A DNA stretch of 64,000 bases from Azolla caroliniana (taxonomy: Eukaryota > Plantae > Polypodiophyta), in assembly GCA_043228905.1 (NCBI GenBank), contig JBHGNT010000003.1, positions 3,968,001 to 4,032,000 on the forward strand, read 5' to 3'. The notes beneath the pieces are model-generated. The model was not told where the DNA came from. It saw only the letters and a list, made by a program, of their open reading frames with translations, and did not search any database. The position numbers were made by a program, and so were the translations under genes. Of this stretch, positions 51,070 to 61,669 are shown piece after piece (position 1 is the stretch's first letter; each line of letters opens with the position of its first letter).

Positions 51070-51777
51070 GCTTTCGTGCGGCCGTATTGGCTGCGAAGAT
51101 CTTCTTGAGGTTTTCCCACGCCTGCTTCGGCGTTTTAGCCTCTCGAATGTAGCCAAGCATATGATCATGAACGCATGATGTGAGGCAATACAACACACGG
51201 CTTGCGGCCTGCTCCCAAGTGGGATAGTCAACGTGTGTTGGGTTGGGGTGTGATTCGTGAGCTCCTTCGATGTAGCTCCAGTAGCCTTGTCCGACAAGGT
51301 ATTGATGCATCTTGTATTCCTAGGATGCGAAGTTCGTTCTATCGAGCTTCTCGGTAGGAAGTGCGCTTCCCATTTGAGTATTCATGGTGATTTCTTCTGT
51401 ATTGATGGGCCGGTTCTGCTGATCGTTGGCGTGTAGCACAACACAGTCGAAAATGCTTGATCAGGCAACCACACGCTCTGATACCATGTTAAGAAATGGA
51501 ATGGCAAGAGTGGTTGTAATGCAACGGAAGGTGAGCGTAGGTGTGTGTGTGTATAGCAGCAGAGAGAACGAGATAGGGAGAGAGACAGAGAGAGACAAGA
51601 GCGTATATTATATTAACGAAAACAAAATAGTTCCAACAGTGACTAAGTTACAATGAGTTGGTTTATATATCAACTAAGCTAGGGCAAGCACCCTTTCTAC
51701 TATTTACAAAACTAGCCTGGAATGTCCATGAGCTAGTGTGAAACCTATGTATGGGAAGTTGAGTTCGATTCTCAACA
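51070..51777 (-). mobile_element. Truncated copia (LTR 51487-51777, PBS, gag N-terminus) nested in a sibling element
   Basis: TGTTGAGAATCG...TTAACA followed by TGGTATCAGAG; MNTQMGSALPTEKLD gag; breaks off into the ROCO intron. Confidence 0.88.
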
Positions 51778-53426
51778 CGACTTGATCGCCTTTTTCAATG
51801 AAGCATCCGTCATTATTGAAGTGTACTTGCATTCCTTGTTCGACAATTTGGCTGACTGAGACCAGGTTTTTGGTAATGGTGGGGACATGCAGCACGTTCT
51901 TGAGGTAAGTCGGTTTGTCATCGTTTCCGAATGGGACGTTCCCGATATGTTGTATGGGGTGAGTCGTGACATCTCCTGTTTCAACATATCCGGGACGTTC
52001 AGGCTTCCGAAATTCCCAAAACCAGTCTTCATGGGACGTCATGTGATTGGATGCTCCCAAATCGACAAACCATTCGCTGTTCGGAGTGGAAGCGGTAGTT
52101 GACGCAAGTGCGGACATTGAGTGCACTTCGTGCTTCATTATGAAAATTCCGTCGTAGTCAGAGTTCGTGGTGTAATTTGTTAGTTGTCGGCCTTGCTCAT
52201 GCTTCTTCTTCCGACAGTCCTCTTCGTAGTGGCCGGGTTTTCCGCAGTACCCGCAGTCAACTAGGTTCCTACGGTTGATTGGTCCGGTGTGATGACTCCC
52301 CCTTTCCCTGAACTCTCTGGGGCCATTTATGTCCGCTTGCCATTGGTGGGAGTTACGATGTTGATTGTGTCGACCTTGGCTGTATTGGCCTCTCTTGCCA
52401 CGACCGTATCCTCTTCCTCCATCGAAGTTCGAATATAGCATCTGTCCTTCGTGTGTGTTGTTCCTTTGACGCACGTGATTCTGTTCGACTAGCAATAAGG
52501 ATTGGAGATCAAAAAAGGAGGGAGGATTCTCTCTCGCGAGAATGGCCGATCTTATTGCGCCAAATCGTGGTGCTAAGCCACCGAGGCATATCTGCACCAT
52601 TTCTTCGTCGTCAATGCTAACATTGATCGATCCAAGGGCATCGCACAACTCCTTAATCTTTAAGGTGTAGTTGTCGATTGACATGTCCCTTTATTGAAGA
52701 TTGTTTAGCTCTTGTCGAAGTTGGAGCTTTTGTGCGGCCGTATTGGTTGCGAAAATCTTCTTGAGGTTTTCCCATGCCTGCTTCCGCGTTTTTGGCTCTC
52801 AAATGTAGCCAAGCATATGATCATGAACGCATGATGCAAGGCAATACAACACACGGCTTGTGGCCTGCTCCCAAGCGGGATAGTCAGCGTGTGTTGGGTT
52901 GGGTTGCGTTTCGTGAGCTCCTTCAATGTAGCTCCAGTAACCTTGTCCAACAAGGTATTGATGCATCTTGTACTCCCAAGATGCAAAGTTTGTTCTGTCG
53001 AGCTTCTCCGTAGGAAGAGCGCTTCCCATCTGAGTGTTCATGGTGATTTCTTCTTCTGTTGATTAGTCGGTTCTGTTAATCGTCGGCGTGCAACACAACA
53101 CAATAGAATAGGTGTCATTAGGCAACCACACACTCTGATACCATGTTAAGAAATAGAATTTGTGGTGATTGTAATGTAGCGGAAGATGAGAGACTATGTG
53201 TGTGTGTGTAGCAAGAGAGAGAGAGAGAGAGAGAGAGACCTCAAGACAGAGATAATCAGACTATATATTACATAAGACTTCCAACAGTAACTAAGTTACA
53301 ATGAGTTGGTTTATATACCAACTAAGCTAGGGCAAACACCCATTCTACTATTTACAAAACTAGTCTGGTATGTCCAAGGGCTAGTGTGAACCTATTCCTA
53401 TGGGAAGTTGAGTTCGATTCTCAACA
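51778..53426 (-). mobile_element. Truncated copia (LTR 53144-53426, PBS, gag-protease) inserted in ROCO copy E
   Basis: LTR homologous to 51487-51777; CGYCGKPGHYEEDC, WFVDLGASNHM; same lineage as 34823-38411. Confidence 0.9.
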
Positions 53427-55081
53427 CAATCAAATGATTCTTTCTCACCTCGCTCAAGCTTTTTTCTTAATTGTTTCTTCGAATAAGCTGCATTGATCTT
53501 CTCTACGTTGCACCATTGATGGATGGAGTGAGCAATCAGGCCGGATGACGCTCTCGATCAACTTAACCCCTTGGACACCGGATGGTTGTGCGCATATTGT
53601 AGTCAAGTTGTTGATGATACTCTTTTGCACAAAAGCTAAGGTACTTAGCATGTCTTGCTGTGTATTATTTTGAGCTAGAATAAGCACATCTATGACATGG
53701 TTTGATTTTGCTTGGCAAAACATGATGATGATCTTGCTCTTTGGAAAACAAATGGATATGAAATCTTTGCCGAGTGTGATGACAACATTATCATCCTTAG
53801 ACAAGAAAGCATTGCTAAATAATGCCTGAATTCTTGGAAACAAGCCTGGTGTAAGAAAGGTAAGGTCTTTGTTCTCACACTCTAACCTTCTGCCCATATA
53901 CACAAAAGCAACATTATCATTAATTTGAGTCCATTGGAATTGTTTGACACCCACATCTCGCAATATGGCTGGGATAAAGATGAGTTCTGCGTATCTGTTG
54001 GGGACACTCGCTTCAAATCTGATCCCAACATGAGATTGCGATGGTTCCTCCACAGCTGTGCGTCGATGGCAGGATCCTCACATCTCATTATGGAAAAGAA
54101 AGGAATTCCTGACCGAGAAAGTGCATCCACCACCGCAGCAGTAGCAGATCGGCTTAGACCACCTCCTCTATAATTATCTATTTCAAGGGTGTACAATTGA
54201 GGAGGGCATGCAGGGGTTCTGCCGCATGTCTCCAGCCCCTTTTTTGGGGGTGCTAAGTGATCCATGAAATCTATTAGCTCCTCCTCTCTCATACATTCAT
54301 CTGAGATGTCTAATAGAGAGAGCTCTTTGAGGTTCGGCCAGTGGCGCAGGAAACCAGTGCTCCTTCTCCAGTCAATGGTTTCCTCAATGGCCAGCCTTTG
54401 GAGAGAGGCAGCGAGGGGCGAATGCGAGGGATGAAGGTCCGCCAATTTCATACCCGCCAATTTCACGGCGTCAAGGTGGAGGGATGTGAGGGAGGTGAAG
54501 TCGCGTAACACGTCGATGCACTCATCGCTCATCTTCATCCACTGAAGGGAGAGATGTTCGAGGCGTTTGTTTTTCTTGAGAGCACTCAGAAGACCGTGCA
54601 CATCCCTGAAATATAATGCCTGTATGAGGAGGCTGCTGGGGGCGGCATCACGTTCTGCAGAGAGAGAGAGAGCCTCCACCCAACACCTCTCCTCCTCTTC
54701 GGTTAGATTATTAAAATTCAAGAGGAGATGGGGAGCTCCGCAGGAGAGATTGGCGGCAGCCCTGAGCATGGCCATCCGCCGTTGTTGTTCCGCAGTGGCG
54801 GCATGGCTCAAATCGAACATCATATCTCTGCTCCCCCATTCCCAAGCTCTACGTTCTTCATCAGGACCATATGACGAATAATATATCTTCCTTTCATCTT
54901 CATTCTGCCTTGGGGTGGTATCAACCAGGAAGAGGTTCTCAACATCGACAAGCTTAATTAGCACATCATCAGAATCAGCAGCTGCTCTCGATTTCTCGAG
55001 GGCTTCTCTGACCTCATGGGTTTCCCACTTCGTCAAGATGAGTTGGTGAGGAGTTGGGAGGCGGTCACGAGGCTTCTCCAT
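53427..55081 (-). pseudogene. TRN1-like: ROCO copy E: near-complete exon 1 (N-terminal domain and LRRs) fused out of frame to mid-COR; Roc deleted; truncated by copia
   Basis: MEKPRD...NLMLGSDLKRV joins at ~54005 to IFIPAIL..YMGRRLEC..GLFPRIQ in another frame. Confidence 0.88.
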
Positions 55082-55280
55082 GAAAGGAAGGAAGGAAGGA
55101 ATGCATGGAGATGAAAAATGAAAGAAAGGAATGCAATGTGAAGGAAACAACTTATGAATGATAAATGGAAATAACAAATGAAAACGTTAGTTTTAGCCAA
55201 ACTTTACATTTACATAATCGTCAACCAAATTAAGTTTAGCAGTAAACATAACAATGATTAAAACAATACTAACTCAGACG

Positions 55281-55314
<34 letters not shown>

Positions 55315-56130
55315 ATTTTCAGCTCCCCTGCCACTTGGTTCTGAAAAAAAAAGGTTTCTCATACACTCGGTCCACATTTGATTTTTTATTTTTTCTGGAT
55401 GGAGAGCAGTTCAAGATTTACTGTTTCACCTATTGATTAGAGTGTTTAATAGAAAACGCACTTCAAACTATAATGTAAATGTCAGACAAAACAATTTCAC
55501 TATGAATGAAACAAAAAAGATTTGATTGCTTTTACGTGGCCATTTTTTGCAACTTTTGAAATCTTCAGCTTCGTATTTACACTTTACTATAAAGTCTAAA
55601 GACTTGGGCATGTCTTTCGACTTCTTTTTTTTCCAAAAAATTTACTACACTTCCATTAGTTAAGTCAGGATAATATACATCAACTCATATCTTACAGGCC
55701 AACTTGCATCTCTTTCGACTTTTACAATGCAATGTTGTGTTTCTTTTTCCTTTCCATGACTTTTGATTGGTCTCTTAAGGAGATGTGGGTAAGATCTTGG
55801 TCGGTCTTGTGGGCCATCTTTGAAAATGATGGTGTATGTAAGTAGAGGATAGAAATGTAAAACAAAAAAAGGCTTGTTTATATTTGTAAAATAAAGCCCA
55901 CCATTCAAGAATATAGTTTTGTAATTAGGCTAATCGCATATTAGTTAAGAAGGATTAAGGGTAACTTTTCATGCGGTTTTGAAGAACCATTTCTCCTAGA
56001 AATAGTACAAAAATGTCATCCACTTTCAGGTTTGTGTGTTGCTGGTGGAATAATTGACTAATGTGAAAGACAATTGACCTTTAAGGCTTGAGATCAAGAA
56101 AGTGATTAAGGTGGCGGGGGATGTTTATAT

Positions 56131-56181
<51 letters not shown>

Positions 56182-57959
56182 TATGCAAATGATTAAGATA
56201 AATTAGTCTACTCCCAAAATCCATTCTTCTTGAACATTCGTTTCAAATCAATTTGAGTCATATTATATATTGTGCTGCTATGGCCTTCACATTAGGGTTT
56301 AAATCATTGGGCATTATCTTGTTTGATGAGATCAATTCAAGTGAGCATGTGTCATAGGAGTCAGATGCCATAAGCAAATAATTCACCATGTGGTTAGGCA
56401 AGAAATTAGAAGACAATCTTAACATCGAGCACTATTGCACAAAAATGTGAATGATGATGGATCATCCGATACCTATCATTCATAATATCACCTACTTGTA
56501 CTCATACAATTCTCAACACTCTAATTGAATTACTATATGTATCGATAACAAAATGGGACCATATTTAGGTTCCTCAGCTCTTCTGAGCAATAGCCATTCA
56601 TACAAGCCTATGATTATGAATCACATTCTTTTAATTTATTTCTAAACAGCTAGGTATGGTTTGCTGTAGATACAGTGCATAATGTATGGTATTTAATCCT
56701 ACATACCCGACAGGATGATTCAAAAGAAATTTCAATGCTTGCTCCTCTACAACATAATCCACCCTGGAAGTGACAGAAGTATAATTAACTTTCCATGTTA
56801 GACCTTAGAGTCACATCTCATTACTCCATGTTAAATATAGATTCATGCTGAAGTTCAAAATCTGTTGAGATGTCGTCTCACACATAACTATTAACCGCCT
56901 TTATAATCATCAGAACATTATATAAAATCAGTTCCAAAAGTAATGGGGATCAACTTCTATTCAGGTAATGTTTATAGCTCTCTTGAAAGAAACAAATCAT
57001 TCCAATTGAGAGGACCAAAAACGAAGCAGTGGTGCAGGCCTCCTTTGAGCAGCCATGAAGGGGCCGAGCTCTTCTCTATGTATATATCTGATTTCGCTCT
57101 CGTAATTTTTCTGCATGTCTGTCTCTGTCTCCCTCTCCCTTTCTCTGTTTTTGTCTCTCTCTGTTAAGTCACATTTGAGGGGGAAGAGAACCATAGCACC
57201 TGCATTACTAACACCCAACATTTATGTGGTTGCAAAATGTGTGAAATTTGTATTAAATTTATGAAAGTTGTTTGCGTACATAGAAACCTTAACATTGTCT
57301 AAATGATCACAGATATCTCTAAATCTCTCCATCATCACCCTCAGTTTTTCATGCAGATTCAGAATTGCTAGTTAAACCTGCTTTGGTGAAAAACCATGCA
57401 GATTTACATGATATGGTGCTTGAAAGTTCACCAGATAGTTCTGCAGACATAGAGGAGAGAAAAACGCTGATTCATCAAGAAGTGTTTATTACTGACCTAG
57501 ATTGTGAAATAAAGGGATGGGTAAACGCGAAAAAAACTAATTCTGATCACATAGAGACAGATCTTCCTTCTTCAGTCAACGCAAACAGTAGAGATCCCTG
57601 TGACCAAACAAAAATTAATAACTTAGCCTCCAGATTCTCCAAGTTACAGGAGTAGTTCCTGTCTCTACATAAGTTAAATTCACAGAATAACAACCTTGAG
57701 GACTGCATCCCCGTGCAAGATAGTAAACACAATGTAGTCCTTCAAATTCAATTAAAGAGTTAATAGAACTTTTTTTTTACTGTTGGACAGAAAGTATATA
57801 GTTTTCAACTGGATACAGTTGCAATCAATTGTGAAGAGAAGATTATCGAGCAATCCGAGCACCAATGCATCAATTTCAATTCGATGATTCTCTCAATTCA
57901 AACAGACTCCCTCATTTAAGTTGAGGTAGAAAACGGACGAGATATTTGCATTCCACTCT

Positions 57960-59250
57960 AAAGTGATATGAACAATGAATTGGGGTTATCAAATAAGCCC
58001 TTTGCTATTGCGGATCCTCCTGAGCCTCTTGCATCCAAGGCGGTGATGCGAAACTGTATAATTGAGGAAGCAATGCAACAATGTTGCTAGTTGTGCCCAA
58101 CCTCCTTGTTTGATGGTAGTAGGTGCTCCAAGAAATCTATTATCTCCTCTACTATCATATCTTCCCTATAGAGAGATAGTTCTTTTAGCTAGTGCCACAA
58201 GAAACTAGTGTTGATTGGTACAAAGTGGGATATAGATGAGGAATATATATCCATCCATGCCTTGTGTTGATTGGCCATTGTCTCTTAGATAGAAGTATTA
58301 TGGATTTAATGTCGACAAAGTACACAATGTCTCGCCAAACAATACTTTGAAAGTTCATGCAATCTCTTCAATGAAGTCCAAGGAATCGCACCAAATACAT
58401 TTGCAAGTCAGCTCAAATTGACAATCCAGGAAATTCCGTCCATTTGTTCTAGCTTGAGCAATCTTCAAATCACGGATCATGTCGGCCAATCCATCAATGG
58501 TTATCCCACCAGCCAGCCCTCAACTACCTCATTTATTGGTCTTATTGTGCCATGTTCCTTTCATCTTGTACTCTCCATTTAGTTGGGGTTCCTGTGTACG
58601 ATGGTTGCGCATTGTTCCATTGACAACATGTTTTGAAGCACCCACATGCTCTTTTCACCGCCACCCAGTTCGTAATAAGACCATCTTCACATCCATCATT
58701 TTTAAGAATAGGAACACCTTGTTTCAGTTTAGTATGGTTCTATTCGAGTGTGGATAACCGATCCAAGATTTGTTAGAACTCTTAAGGTGTTTTATTAGTA
58801 TGCAAATATTTTATTGGGAGATTTGAACCAATCCATTAGATCTTTCTTTGTTGTTCAAGACGAATCATTGAGGCTATGCTCCTTGAGAAGATTCCTCTCG
58901 AAAGTTTCCCAATTTGGTCCTTGTACTTGTATCTCTAGGATTCGGGGATGGAGACTTGATGCTACAATCCATGGAAAGCTTGACAGTTGTCTCCTCGTCG
59001 GCATATCTCTCATTCATATTTCAGTTTTATACGCCTCCATATATTGTCCTTTTCATTAAAGACACCATTTCTATCCACAATATTTTCAATGACCTTATTA
59101 AGGCTCATTGTATTATCTCTCTCGTGGAGCATGCAGTCCATCATTATGGAAATCATCCGAGCCGAATCATCACTTGGTTCCTTGACTACCCTCTTTTACC
59201 ATTCTGTTAAGTTCACCAACTTGTCACGATATTTTGCACATGCATGTGAA
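57960..59250 (-). mobile_element. Highly decayed Ty3/gypsy gag remnant
   Basis: Manual minus-strand translation gives ..IDGLADMIRDLKIAQAR..KCIWCDS (knuckle-like) and ..NWETFERNLLKEH; many stops. Confidence 0.45.
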
Positions 59251-60510
59251 AATTGAGTGGGACCACTGGGAACTTGAACCAAAGAAGATGTGATGTCAAG
59301 TTTATAGGTTAAGTGATTAAGGATGTGTTTAAAATTAATAGTTTTTTATAAGTATTTTAGATAAATTGTGATTGTGTGTGGACTATGCAAATATGCTTGT
59401 GGCAGTAGGCAATGTTGGCTTAGTTGTATGAAGGATTTATGTATATATGCATAATATATGTGCACTCGTTCAAATGTTTTTAATTTTCCAAAGTGAAGGA
59501 AAAGTGCAATGTTTTGAAATTTGTTTGTGAACACGAGGGGTATTTAGGAAAATAAATACATATAAGTTGTGTGTGTGTGTGTGTGTGTGTGTGAGGAGCT
59601 CAAATATAAGTGAATGTGTTCTTCGTGTTTAATTTGATGTGTGGATGTGTTTTTATTTTCAGTATAAAAGAGTACATACAATGAAACGAAAAATCTGACA
59701 CATTCCTCATTTGGTCACGAAACATCTAGTGTATATATATCCTTCAATCCTTTTGTATATATCTAGGTTAACCCAATTCCTGATGTGCACTCCTCACATC
59801 ACGCAAGTGTGTGCATGTGAAACATGAGTGGAAACACTCGATACTTAAACCAAAGAGGATGGGTTGTTTATTCAAGTTGTTGTGTTCGAGAATTTAGGTT
59901 ATTCGTCAACATTTGATTTTGTGTCTCAAGGGGTTTTTTTTTTGAAAATTTTAACATCGACAATAGTTACCCTCTTGGTAAAAGCAATGTTTCTAACTCA
60001 ATAGGTGTTAAGGCTTGAATTTTGCCTAACACTCTGGTCATTGTTTTATTCCTGATTTGGACGTTCGAGGTGGAGAGGGTTGGACAAGGAGAATGTTCAA
60101 GGTGTAGAAGGACCGAGAAGGACACTGTTCAATGTGGAGAAGTTTGGAGGTGAACAATGTTCAACAAGGATAATGTTGGAGGTGGAGAAGGCTCCAACTT
60201 CTCACCGCGGCAAAACTCTTCTCATTACAATGTGAATTTTGTAAAGCAATAATCTAAGGACTTGTCTTTTTGCAAATCTAGCTCCATATCGTGTAACTTC
60301 ACGCTTTGTGCTCAAAATCACAAACCAAAAATTCAGACACAATCCTTATCCAATAATGAGTAGGATGAGATAATATATTACAAAATTGAATTTGATATGT
60401 CCAATCATATGCAACATGCTTTCACTCGACTTCGTTACGTGGAGTGGCTTGACATAACAATTGCTTTTCATGGAGATTTTTCAAATTTGACTTTTTATGT
60501 CAAAAAGTGA

Positions 60511-60804
60511 TGTAAGATGCATTATGTGTGGATGGTAAAGTGTGGAGCACATGGTTGTAGATGGTAAAGTGTAGAGCACATGGTATTAAAGTGTCTAAAA
60601 TTGGAGCGAGAACTACATGAAACTTTCTCATGAAAAGGATTGCTACATTTTTTAATTGGTATTCTCCTTGTTAATACACCTTCTTCTCGAGTATTTCATT
60701 TCTTTTTATCAATCTATCTAGTGTTTCTCTTCTCTTCTCTCTTTTCTCTCACACATAACACACACCTCTCTTCCGCTACACAGAATCGTATCTAATTCTT
60801 TACA
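60511..60804 (+). mobile_element. Probable solo LTR related to 19687-20123
   Basis: TGTAA...TTACA termini; 3' end CCGCTACACAGAATC..ATTCTTTACA shared with the LTR ending at 20123; TSD imperfect. Confidence 0.6.
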
Positions 60805-61669
60805 GTGTCAAAGGATAAATAACATTGTAAAGTAAAGTAGGGATACACATTGTCCGTTTCGTAAGTAATAGCATAATGTATTTTCAAAAGTATTCATGTA
60901 TATCTTCCTTGACTTTAAGAGTGTCCTTTATTCTTTAGCTTAACTCTATCAATCATAAAACCTTCATAATATTCACGGTATAATATCCAAGCGCAATTGT
61001 AACAATTTTGTGACATGTACTTAGTCAACATGGCACAAGTTTTTATGTTAGAAATTCTTACTTTTATTCATGTTTACACAAGGAAGTGCTAACTTGGACA
61101 TTTACAAAACCCACCATGTGATGCGTCATATAAGTCTAATAACATACCTAATGTAATGTTCCTAGAATAAAGCACTATATTCACAACACAAAGCTATCTT
61201 CTAATGCTTCTAAAGCACGCAACATCATTTCTTTTCCAATGTGCTGATTGACATATATATTAGAAATTCCAGTAAATCATATTGAATGCAAGTGATGTGT
61301 ATGAAAGTTTGTCTAGATACCCATGTGAAAGTGTAAGATAAATAAGTGAGTTCACTAATGAATGTTAGGATAGTTTATGCAAGGGATCTAAGTTGTGTAT
61401 ATTTTACTAATGGAGTATATTCTTTTTTGGTAAAAAAAAGGAAATTCTAGTAAATCATACACATTGCTTACAAACAAAAAAAAGCAAACATTACATAATT
61501 GTGATTATATGAGAATACAAATTTAGGCTAAATTGTTATATATTATATAACAAGACAAAAAAATTTAACTCCAAAAGCCCAAGTAGGTTTGATCAACGAA
61601 TGGATAAAAGTTTGGAATACTATTTCAAAAGCAACCTTCATAAACCAAGTAGAGAACGTTTCTATAAAA

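Noticed and set aside
51487-53426. Two similar LTRs read as one small complete element
   Set aside because: Both are followed by a PBS and gag, no PPT precedes the second, and there is no TSD; this is a nested insertion of siblings.
55082-55177. N-terminal extension of copy E in the ORF track
   Set aside because: Paralogues start at ME(K/N)P, so the ATG at 55081 is the homologous start.
57365-57655. 96-aa ORF
   Set aside because: No recognisable motif, non-ATG start, no supporting exons.
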